Part shown: in pieces, positions 9,897 to 17,662 of the stretch
Layout: the number at the start of each line of letters is the position of its first letter
Position numbering within the stretch: the first letter of the stretch is position 1
Assembly: GCA_965652295.1 (NCBI GenBank)
Contig: CBFGTS010000002.1
Span: 160,001 to 224,000 of the forward strand
Direction of reading: 5' to 3'
DNA length: 64,000 nt
Source: an uncultured Haloferula sp.
GTDB lineage: Bacteria; Verrucomicrobiota; Verrucomicrobiia; Verrucomicrobiales; Akkermansiaceae
Notes under the pieces: model-generated
What the model was told of the DNA's origin: nothing
Databases searched by the model: none
What the model saw: only the letters and a program-made list of their open reading frames with translations
Made by a program: the position numbers and the translations under genes

Positions 9897-10088
9897 AAAC
9901 TGGCAAGCCAGCCGAACGTGGGTTCTACAGATCCAATCGGCTTTGCGCTCACCCTATTTCGCCAAATGGACACACGAGAACGCGTAGTTCCTCGCAGCTC
10001 AGTGAGTTCCGCGCTCACCTCCGGATCGCGGGCTTGGACTGCACCCTTGCCGAAACCCTTCAAGATGGTTTCTGGCGGAATTCCGCGC

Positions 10089-10163
10089 TGGAGCCGCTGG
10101 TCGGATTTGAACCGACGACCTGCTCATTACGAATGAGCTGCTCTACCCCTGAGCTACAGCGGC
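10089..10163 (-). tRNA. tRNA-Thr(CGT)
   Basis: GCCGCTGTAGCTCAGGGGTAGAGCAGCTCATTCGTAATGAGCAGGTCGTCGGTTCAAATCCGACCAGCGGCTCCA: cloverleaf, anticodon loop TT-CGT-AA, encoded CCA. Confidence 0.97.
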
Positions 10164-10218
10164 ACTTTCCCGGCGGGAGGCGCGGACTGAACCAGACCCC
10201 CGCACCGTCGGCAAGCAA

Positions 10219-10638
10219 TTACTCGCCGGTCACCGCGACCACGATCTGGCGCTCATGCCCTGCGCGACGGTGCTCGAAAAGGAAGATGCCCTGCCACGTC
10301 CCCAACGTCATCCGCCCGCCGACCACGGGGATCACCTCGCTGGTCCGCGTGAGCGCCATCCGGATGTGACTCGGCATGTCGTCGGCTCCCTCGTAGGTGT
10401 GGACGAAATACGGCGTGTCCTCCGGCACCAGATGGTCGAAGAACGCCTCCAGGTCGCGACGCGCGCTCGGATCGGCGTTTTCCATGATCACCAGACTCGC
10501 CGAGGTGTGCCGGACGAAGACCGTCACCGTGCCGGTGGAGATGCCGCTTTCCTGCACGATGGAGGCAACCTCCGAACTGATCTCATAGGTCCCCTTCCCC
10601 CGGGTGCGGACGGAAAAACTGGCTGCATGCGCGCTCAT
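10219..10638 (-). CDS. yjbQ: YjbQ family (secondary thiamine-phosphate synthase-like, UPF0047)
   Basis: HTSASL...ENADP, H..EG.DDMPSHI, LGTWQGIFLFEHR. Confidence 0.93.
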   Translation of the reverse strand: MSAHAASFSVRTRGKGTYEISSEVASIVQESGISTGTVTVFVRHTSASLVIMENADPSARRDLEAFFDHLVPEDTPYFVHTYEGADDMPSHIRMALTRTSEVIPVVGGRMTLGTWQGIFLFEHRRAGHERQIVVAVTGE

Positions 10639-10689
10639 GAGCCGGTTTGGTAGCGGCGGAACCCTCGAACGTCCACCCCGCCCTCGCCC

Positions 10690-10827
10690 TAAAAAGACGA
10701 GGCGCGCGGCTCCCCCCGGAACCGCGCGCCACTCGTAGCATCCCCATCGGAATCGGTCTTTCGACCTGCTGAGAACCCGTCCCCCCGGAATGGTTCAGTC
10801 AGCTATCCCTCTCGGGCTTGCTTATAC
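10690..10827 (-). ncRNA. candidate structured small RNA (or cis leader of yjbQ) with repeated G-rich loops
   Basis: ORF-free gap. On the - strand: CCC-GAGA-GGG hairpin; GCTGA..GAACC..TTCCGGGGGGA..GGTTC.TCAGC stem-loop; GGTC-GAAA-GACC hairpin; TTCCGATGGGGA; then a GC-rich hairpin containing TTCCGGGGGGA followed by CTTTTT. Confidence 0.6.
10691..10736 (-). terminator. Rho-independent terminator
   Basis: ACGAG-T-GGCGCGCGGTTCC-GGGG-GGAGCCGCGCGCC-TCGT followed by CTTTTT on the - strand. Confidence 0.8.
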
Positions 10828-10833
10828 TTCAAC

Positions 10834-10875
10834 TATCGTGACCTTCCGGGCGATTTTCCAAAATTCGTGAATTTT
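10834..10875 (-). promoter_or_regulatory. putative alternative-sigma promoter with palindromic operator
   Basis: AAAATTC-N2-GAATTTT perfect inverted repeat (10860-10875) abutting GGAAAA-N15-CGATA on the - strand; AT-rich patch in a GC-rich genome. Confidence 0.4.
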
Positions 10876-10920
10876 TTTACAGGCCGATCCGCCTGCCACC
10901 ACCCGATCAGCGGTGAGAGC

Positions 10921-11520
10921 CTACTCCGGCCCGCGGATGGCCTCGGAAATTGAAGAAATCAGCCCGTTGTCGAGACGGTAGATCCAACTGTGGACGTCCA
11001 CCTGCTGCCCCCTATCCCAGGCATCCTGGACGATGGTCGTGCGCGAGACGTTTTCCGCATTCGCGACCACGTTCAGCTCGCACAACCGATCCACCTTCTG
11101 CGCGGGATCCAGCCCTTCCAACTCGTCTTCCCGCCGCCGCGCGACGTTCTGGATGTGCCGCAGCCAGTTATCGATGATCCCGTGCCGCTGGTTCTCCAGC
11201 GCTGCCTTCACTCCGCCGCAGCCGTAGTGACCGCAAACGATCACGTGTTTGACCTTCAGCACATCCACGGCGAACTGCAGCACCGAGAGGAAATTGAAGT
11301 CCGTCTGCACCACCACGTTGGCGACGTTGCGGTGCACGAACACCTCGCCGGGCGCGAGACCGGTGATCTGATTGGCCGGTACGCGGCTGTCGGAACAGCC
11401 GATCCACAGGTATTCCGGGGCCTGTTGTTTCGCCAGACGGGCGAAAAACTCAGGATCTTCGGCAACCTTCTCTGCCGCCCACGCCTTGTTTTTGTCCAGT
11501 AGCACCTTGAGGCTCTCCAT
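10921..11520 (-). CDS. can: beta-class carbonic anhydrase
   Basis: Q.PEYLWIGCSDSRVP, GEVFVHRNVAN, CGHYGCGG zinc ligands. Confidence 0.97.
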   Translation of the reverse strand: MESLKVLLDKNKAWAAEKVAEDPEFFARLAKQQAPEYLWIGCSDSRVPANQITGLAPGEVFVHRNVANVVVQTDFNFLSVLQFAVDVLKVKHVIVCGHYGCGGVKAALENQRHGIIDNWLRHIQNVARRREDELEGLDPAQKVDRLCELNVVANAENVSRTTIVQDAWDRGQQVDVHSWIYRLDNGLISSISEAIRGPE

Positions 11521-11530
11521 GCCCCTAGCT

Positions 11531-11565
11531 GAAATCCGAAATCGTCAACCCGCAATCCCCAATCT
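11531..11565. repeat. degenerate heptamer tandem repeat (5 units) in the divergent can/rarA intergenic region
   Basis: GAAATCC GAAATCG TCAACCC GCAATCC CCAATCT. Confidence 0.55.
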
Positions 11566-11576
11566 TCACTCGCGCC

Positions 11577-12926
11577 GTGGCCGATCTCTTCGTCAGCGAC
11601 CCATCTCCCGAATCCCGCCCCGAGCTTCCGGCCGAAGGTCCTCTCGCGGCACGCATGCGGCCGCGAACGCTCGATGAGATCGCGGGCCAGCAGCATATCC
11701 TCGCCGAAGGCAAGCTGCTCCGGCGGGCGATTGAGTCGGACCGCTTCACCTCGCTCATTTTCTACGGTCCGCCCGGAACGGGGAAAACCACCCTCGCCAA
11801 CGTCATCGCCCGTTCGACCGGATCGCGCTTCGAGTCGCTCAACGGCGTCGAGTCGAACGTGGGCGAAATCCGCGCCAAGATCGACCAAGCCCGCACCTGG
11901 CGCGACCTGCGTGGTCAGACGACGATTCTCTTCATCGACGAAATCCACCGTTTCAACAAAGCGCAGCAGGACGTGCTGCTCCCTCACATCGAGCGGGGAA
12001 CGGTGCGCTTCATCGGAGCCACGACCCACAACCCCTACTTCTACGTCAACTCGCCGCTCGTTTCGCGCTCGCAGATTTTCCAGCTCGAATCGGTCTCCAC
12101 CGAGGACCTGATTCCGGTGCTTGAGCGCGCGCTCTCCGACGCCGACCGCGGCCTCGGCGGACACGCGGTCGAGGCCGATCCCGCCGCGCTCCGGCACCTC
12201 GCGGAAATGTCCGATGGCGACGTCCGGAAAGCCCTGACCGCGCTTGAGCTGGCGGTGCTCACCACTCCCGAGGACAACAGCACCATTCGCCTCACCCTCG
12301 CCGTCGCGGAAGAAAGCATCCAGCGCAAGGCGATCGCCTACGATGCCGATGGCGACGCCCACTACGATACCGCCTCCGCTTTCATCAAGTCCATCCGCGG
12401 CTCCGACCCTGACGCCGCGCTCTACTGGCTGGCCAAGATGCTGCACGCCGGCGAGGACCCGCGATTCATCGCCCGCCGACTTGTCATTTCCGCCAGCGAG
12501 GACATCGGCCTCGCCGACTCGAACGCACTGCGCGTCGCCATGGACGCCCACCAGGCCTTCGAATTCATCGGCATGCCCGAGGGGCGCATCCCTCTCGCCC
12601 ACGCCACGGTGTATCTCGCCACCGCTCCCAAATCCAACAGCGCCTACGCCGCCCTCGGGGCCGCCATGCAGGACATCGAAAAAGGCCGCACCTTGGCCGT
12701 GCCCGAGCATCTGCGCACCACCACCCGTAAAAAGCTCGCCGCCGCTAGTGGCGCGAACGACGCCAAACTGCAATACCTCTACTCGCACGACTACGAGGGC
12801 GGATACGTTCCGCAGGCCTACCTGCCGGAGGGGCGGAAATACTACACTCCCACGGAAAACGGCCTCGAGAAGCGGATCAAAGAACGGCTCGATTTTTGGC
12901 GCAGCCAGCTTGAGCCGCCTCATTGA
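11577..12926 (+). CDS. rarA: replication-associated recombination protein A (RarA/MgsA AAA+ ATPase)
   Basis: PLAARMRP, GPPGTGKT, FIDEIHRFNKAQQD.LLP, SAFIKSIRGSDPDAALYWLA.M, ASEDIG.AD, APKSNS.Y. Confidence 0.96.
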   Translation: MADLFVSDPSPESRPELPAEGPLAARMRPRTLDEIAGQQHILAEGKLLRRAIESDRFTSLIFYGPPGTGKTTLANVIARSTGSRFESLNGVESNVGEIRAKIDQARTWRDLRGQTTILFIDEIHRFNKAQQDVLLPHIERGTVRFIGATTHNPYFYVNSPLVSRSQIFQLESVSTEDLIPVLERALSDADRGLGGHAVEADPAALRHLAEMSDGDVRKALTALELAVLTTPEDNSTIRLTLAVAEESIQRKAIAYDADGDAHYDTASAFIKSIRGSDPDAALYWLAKMLHAGEDPRFIARRLVISASEDIGLADSNALRVAMDAHQAFEFIGMPEGRIPLAHATVYLATAPKSNSAYAALGAAMQDIEKGRTLAVPEHLRTTTRKKLAAASGANDAKLQYLYSHDYEGGYVPQAYLPEGRKYYTPTENGLEKRIKERLDFWRSQLEPPH

Positions 12927-12961
12927 CTCGCTGGCTGTTTCCCGCTAGTCCCCGAGACACG

Positions 12962-14125
12962 ATGTTGGGAAAATGGCCTGCCTCACTCTGGATTCACCTC
13001 TCGCTCCTCCTACTTGCCGTGACCGGCTGGTCTTGGGCGCTCGTGCAGCGGTTTGAGGCAAATGACTCCGACACCGCCGCGGTGCCTGCGAGTGCGCCGA
13101 AAGCCACCCAGCGCCATCGACGCCCGGAGGCAGCCTCCCTCTCGTCGGTCATGACCAATCCCCGCACGGCGGACCTCCTCGCCCGCTTTGACGAAATCCT
13201 CGCCGAGGCCCAGCCCGGCGAGCCTAACCAAGCGTTGATCGACGCCTGTGAAGCCGCGCTCATCGACCGCGATTTCGAGAGCCGCATCCGCGACCTCGCC
13301 TTCCTGATCGAAGCCCTGCGGCCTGAGGACGCCCCCGCCCTGCACGAGTTGTTCCTGAAGCTCCACCGGGAGGAGGGTCGTGGATTTCCCCTCGAGTATG
13401 AAGTCTTCGCGAGGTGCTGGGGCCAGATCGATCCCGAAGGAGCCCTGGACTACCTCGCCCAGGAAGAACCCCTCCGCATGCCCCCTCAGGACGTCCGCAA
13501 CATCCTCAACGGTTGGGCCGAGCGCGATCCCGGCGCGGCCTTGCAGTGGCTCACCGAGCACCCGGAACAGTCCGGTGCCCTACCCGGCGTCATCAGCGGA
13601 TGGTTCCGCTACGATCAGGACGCCGCCACCACCTATCTCACTTCGGAGCAATTGGGCTCCCGGCAAGTCCACGAATGCATCCGAGAGTGCGCCAATGCCA
13701 TCCTCTACGACCGGGGAGCCACCTCCTCGGTGGAGTGGCTCGCCTCGCTTCCCGAAGAAAGCCCCTATGGCGACGCTGCTTCATTGGCGTGGAATCTCAC
13801 GTCGTTCAACTACAATGAACTGACGAGCGACAAGGCCGCTGAGGTCTGGCAACAGGTCGGCAACAAACCCTGGATCACGCCCGAACAGTTCTACCGGTTC
13901 ACCCATTCGGTTGGCAACGCCCGGGCGAATCCCGAGGGGATGCAGGGCGTCGTCGAATCGCTGTCGCAGACCTGGCCGGTGGAGCAAGCCGTCCAGCAAT
14001 TCCAGCGGTGGAGCCACGAGGATCCCGACCTCATCCAGAGATGGCTGGCAGGCGCGCCGGAGACCGAGTGGGTGGCACAAATCCGCGAAGCAGTCCCAGT
14101 TCCCTCCCCCATGCCCACCGAGTAG
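12962..14125 (+). CDS. hypothetical membrane-anchored protein with W-x-x-x-D-P helical repeats
   Basis: N-terminal TM; repeats WGQIDPEGALDYL, WAERDPGAALQWL, WFRYDQDAATTYL, WSHEDPDLIQRWL. ATG 12962 follows TTGACT-N17-TAGTCC. Confidence 0.75.
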   Translation: MLGKWPASLWIHLSLLLLAVTGWSWALVQRFEANDSDTAAVPASAPKATQRHRRPEAASLSSVMTNPRTADLLARFDEILAEAQPGEPNQALIDACEAALIDRDFESRIRDLAFLIEALRPEDAPALHELFLKLHREEGRGFPLEYEVFARCWGQIDPEGALDYLAQEEPLRMPPQDVRNILNGWAERDPGAALQWLTEHPEQSGALPGVISGWFRYDQDAATTYLTSEQLGSRQVHECIRECANAILYDRGATSSVEWLASLPEESPYGDAASLAWNLTSFNYNELTSDKAAEVWQQVGNKPWITPEQFYRFTHSVGNARANPEGMQGVVESLSQTWPVEQAVQQFQRWSHEDPDLIQRWLAGAPETEWVAQIREAVPVPSPMPTE

Positions 14126-14134
14126 AAGGGATAA

Positions 14135-14189
14135 TTTTGGTTTGTATTTTACCCAAAACCGCCTGAATATGCCTTCGTGGACAAAATAC
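14135..14189 (+). promoter_or_regulatory. putative sigma70 promoter and operator of the TA module (leaderless)
   Basis: TTGTAT(14142)-N17-GAATAT(14165), with GTG 6 nt later; imperfect inverted repeats TTTTGG..CCAAAA and GTATTTT..AAAATAC. Confidence 0.5.
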
Positions 14190-14485
14190 CACCCTTTCAG
14201 CTCCGGAATCCGACTCACCTGACCAAACAAATCGGGCAGCGGATTCGGACGCACCGCAAGGCTCGCGGCTGGACCCAGGCGGAGCTGGCCGAGCGCTCCG
14301 GCGTCTCGCTTTCCACCCTCAAGCTCCTGGAGCGCGAAGGCAAAGGCTCGATCCAACGGCTGGCCAAGGTCGCCGTGATCCTCAATCTCGACGGCGAGCT
14401 GCGCGAGCTCTTCGCCACCACCCCGGCCTATGCCAGCCTCGATGAGGTGGAAGCCACCCACCGCCGGACCAGCAGGAAACCATGA
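14177..14485 (+). CDS. XRE/HTH_3 transcriptional regulator, HipB-like antitoxin
   Basis: IGQRIRTHRKARGWTQAELAERSGVSLSTLKLLE.G HTH; ATGA overlap with the hipA-like gene. Confidence 0.88.
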   Translation: MDKIPPFQLRNPTHLTKQIGQRIRTHRKARGWTQAELAERSGVSLSTLKLLEREGKGSIQRLAKVAVILNLDGELRELFATTPAYASLDEVEATHRRTSRKP

Positions 14486-15711
14486 AACTCGATGTCCGTT
14501 TCCTGGGTCTTTCGGACGCTCCTCGGATCGGAGGTTTGGCCGATGACGCCCGGGGCCGGATCTTCTTTCAATACGATCCCGCCTGGCTGGCGCTCGGGAT
14601 CGAGCTATCTCCCCTTCACCTCCCGCGATCCCTGACGGGCCCGGTGACCACGCCGACGCCGGAGTTCAGCCCGCTGTTCGGCGTGTTCGATGATTCCATG
14701 CCCGATTGGTGGGGCCAGCGGATCATGCGTCACCACTTCGCGAGCATGAACGTGCCGTGGAATGAAGTCCGCCCGCTGGAGAAACTCGCTTGTCAGGGAG
14801 CGTTCAGTCTCGGAGCGCTGGCCTACGAGCCGGATCTTTCTCCGGGATCATTCCGCGAAACGCTGGCAACCGAGGTGACCGAACTGGTGACCGCCGCGCG
14901 TCAGCTTCTGGAAGGAGACCCTCATGAACTGCTGCCCGCCCTCGTCCGCGGCGGACTTTCGCCCGGCGGTGCCCAGCCGAAGGCACTGGTCGCCTTCGAT
15001 GCCGATTTCACCCACGCCATGGCCGGAGGCGGCAGCGCGCCGGATGGCTTCACCTCGTGGCTGGTGAAATTCCAGCTCGACCCGGACGACCCCGTCGGCC
15101 GCGAAGAGCAAGCGGTGACCCTGATGGCGGCGGCCGCAGGCATCCGGACCCCGGAAACCCGCCTGTTCTGCACGCCCGACGGGTTGGCCCACTTCGTCAC
15201 AAAACGCTTCGATCGCCAGCCCGGCGAGCTGCCGCGGCATCTCCACACCTTCGCCGGCCTCACTCACACGCCGGTGCGCGATACGATCGATTACGACGAC
15301 TTTCTCAGCCTCACCCGCGATTTGACGCTTCATGAAGTCGAAGTGGAGCAAGCCTTCCTACGGGCCGCGTTCAACATCGCCATCGCCAACGACGACGACC
15401 ATTCCCGCAATCACGCCTTCCTGCTCGATCTTGAGCAGGGCTGGAAACTCTCCCCGGCCTACGACCTCACTCGCACCTCCTATCCACTCGGTTCGGGCTT
15501 CCGCGCCGGGGGAATCGGCGGGCGCTTTTCCGGGCTCAACGCCTCCGATCTCCGCCAACTCGCCAGGAACCAGGCCATTCGTCATCCCGATGAGAAAATC
15601 GGCCGGGTCGTGGATGCCGTCCGCCGGTGGCCGGAGTTCGCCGCCGCCGCCGGATTACGGGAAAGCCACGCCGTGATGCTCGCGACGGAAATGCCCGCCC
15701 AGCGTTGGTGA
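14482..15711 (+). CDS. hipA: HipA-family serine/threonine kinase toxin
   Basis: N-terminal HipA domain (FQYD..W..LSP..LP, F.DS.PD.WG), SPGGAQPKA P-loop, KRFDR, N.DDH.RN, LSPAYDL. Confidence 0.92.
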   Translation: MKLDVRFLGLSDAPRIGGLADDARGRIFFQYDPAWLALGIELSPLHLPRSLTGPVTTPTPEFSPLFGVFDDSMPDWWGQRIMRHHFASMNVPWNEVRPLEKLACQGAFSLGALAYEPDLSPGSFRETLATEVTELVTAARQLLEGDPHELLPALVRGGLSPGGAQPKALVAFDADFTHAMAGGGSAPDGFTSWLVKFQLDPDDPVGREEQAVTLMAAAAGIRTPETRLFCTPDGLAHFVTKRFDRQPGELPRHLHTFAGLTHTPVRDTIDYDDFLSLTRDLTLHEVEVEQAFLRAAFNIAIANDDDHSRNHAFLLDLEQGWKLSPAYDLTRTSYPLGSGFRAGGIGGRFSGLNASDLRQLARNQAIRHPDEKIGRVVDAVRRWPEFAAAAGLRESHAVMLATEMPAQRW

Positions 15712-15759
15712 CCCCCTCATTTGACACATCCCCGCCGCCCCCTAACTTCCCCGCAGCAC

Positions 15760-16947
15760 ATGTCCGCCTCCCCTTTCTCCGACTTCGTTTCCCACGCCCC
15801 CGGTCACTGGCCGGACGATGCCTCTGCCGAGTGGGACGACTACAAGTGGCAGCTCAAGAACCGCGTCAACACGCTCGCGGATCTGGAGGCCCGCATGCAG
15901 CTGACCGATACCGAACGCGCCGGCGTGCTGCTCGCCGGGTCGAAGCTCGCGATGTCGATCACGCCCCACTTCTTCAACCTCATTGATCCCGACGATCCAG
16001 ACTGCCCGATCCGCCGCCAAGTCATCCCGCGGCTGGAGGAAGGCTGGACCGCCCCCGAGGAAATGGCCGACCCCTGCGGCGAGGATTCGCACATGCCCGT
16101 CCCCGGGCTCGTCCACCGCTATCCGGACCGCGTGCTGTTTCTCGTCACCGACCGCTGCGCCTCCTACTGCCGCTACTGCACCCGCTCCCGGGTCGTCTCC
16201 GGCGTGGGCGAGCAGCACCTCGAGACCCAGTGGGAGGCCGCCTTCCAGTATCTCGAAAGAACTCCGCAAATCCGGGATGTTCTTCTCTCCGGCGGCGATC
16301 CCTTGCTTTTTTCCGACGCGAAATTGGAGAAAATCCTCACCCGCCTGCGCGCCATCCCGCACATCGAGTTCGTCCGCATCGGCTCGCGCATTCCCATCTT
16401 CCTGCCGCAACGGATCACGCCCGAGCTGTGCGCCATGCTGCGCAAGTTCCACCCGCTCTTCATTTCGATCCACAGCAACCACCCGAAAGAACTCACCACC
16501 GAGGTCCGCGACGCGCTCGGTCGGCTCGCCGACGCGGGCATCCCGATGGGAAACCAGAGTGTCCTTCTCAACGGCGTGAACGATTCCGTGGAGGTCCAGC
16601 GCACCCTGGTGCACAAGCTCCTGCGCTGCCGTGTCCGGCCCTACTACCTTTATCAGTGTGATCTCATCAACGGCTCCTCGCACCTCCGCACCAGCGTGTC
16701 GAAGGGCCTGGAGATTATCGAAGGCCTGCGGGGACATACCACCGGCTACGCCATTCCGCAGTTCGTGATCGATGGTCCCGGCGGCGGCGGCAAGATCCCG
16801 CTCAACCCCGATTACGTCCTCGACCGCAATGACGGTCGCACCCTGCTCCGCAACTACGAAGGCGAGACCTTCGAATACCCCGAACCCACCCCGGCCCCGG
16901 CCGAGGCCCTAGGCCTGCTCAAGGAACGCGCCACCTGCTGCCCATGA
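15760..16947 (+). CDS. kamA: KamA-family radical SAM lysine 2,3-aminomutase
   Basis: WQLKN, GLVHRYPDRVLF, CASYCRYCTR, LLSGGDPL, NQSVLL.GVND, PYYLYQCD, RGHTTGYA.P...D.PGGGGKIP. Confidence 0.92.
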   Translation: MSASPFSDFVSHAPGHWPDDASAEWDDYKWQLKNRVNTLADLEARMQLTDTERAGVLLAGSKLAMSITPHFFNLIDPDDPDCPIRRQVIPRLEEGWTAPEEMADPCGEDSHMPVPGLVHRYPDRVLFLVTDRCASYCRYCTRSRVVSGVGEQHLETQWEAAFQYLERTPQIRDVLLSGGDPLLFSDAKLEKILTRLRAIPHIEFVRIGSRIPIFLPQRITPELCAMLRKFHPLFISIHSNHPKELTTEVRDALGRLADAGIPMGNQSVLLNGVNDSVEVQRTLVHKLLRCRVRPYYLYQCDLINGSSHLRTSVSKGLEIIEGLRGHTTGYAIPQFVIDGPGGGGKIPLNPDYVLDRNDGRTLLRNYEGETFEYPEPTPAPAEALGLLKERATCCP

Positions 16948-17642
16948 AAATCCCGCTCTTTTTGACCGCCCTCCTGTCGGTCTTCTCGCCTGCCGCCGAA
17001 CTCGTGCTCGCCACCTTCGAGGAAAAGTCCACCCGAACCCTCGGCTATGATTATCTCATCGCCCGGCCGGACGGCGACGCTCCGGAAAAAGGCTGGCCGC
17101 TCGTTGTCTTCCTCCATGGAGCCGGAGAGCGGGGAAGTAATCTTGAGAATCTCAAGCGCCACGGCCCGCCCAAGCTGATCACCGCGGGTGAGGACATCCC
17201 CGCCATCGTCATCGCCCCCCAGTGCCCGCAGAACCGCGTCTGGGATCCCCACATCGTGAAAGCCCTGGCCGACAAGGTCGCCGCCGAAGAGCGGACCGAT
17301 CCAGGCCGCACCTATCTCACCGGCCTCAGCATGGGAGGTTTCGGCACCTGGGAGACTGCGTCGGAATACCCTGACACCTGGGCCGCGATCGCACCGATCT
17401 GCGGCGGCGCCGGCATCCGGATCCTGACGCTCGAAAGGCTCGCCAAGATGCCCTGCTGGATCTTCCACGGCGCGGACGATCCGGTGGTGCCGGTGAAGTT
17501 CAGCGAAGACGCCCACGCCGCCCTCACCCGCCTCGGCGCGCCGGTGAAAATTAGCGTCTACCCAGGGGTTGGTCATGACTCGTGGACCCGCACCTACGAG
17601 GACGAGGGTTTCTGGAAATGGTTGCTCGCCCAGCACCGTTGA
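16944..17642 (+). CDS. secreted alpha/beta hydrolase (phospholipase/carboxylesterase or peptidase S9-like)
   Basis: Signal peptide; PLVVFLHGAGERG, APQCP, TGLSMGG, FHG..D..VP, GHDSW. Confidence 0.88.
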   Translation: MKIPLFLTALLSVFSPAAELVLATFEEKSTRTLGYDYLIARPDGDAPEKGWPLVVFLHGAGERGSNLENLKRHGPPKLITAGEDIPAIVIAPQCPQNRVWDPHIVKALADKVAAEERTDPGRTYLTGLSMGGFGTWETASEYPDTWAAIAPICGGAGIRILTLERLAKMPCWIFHGADDPVVPVKFSEDAHAALTRLGAPVKISVYPGVGHDSWTRTYEDEGFWKWLLAQHR

Positions 17643-17662
17643 ATCACGCAGAACCCCAACAC

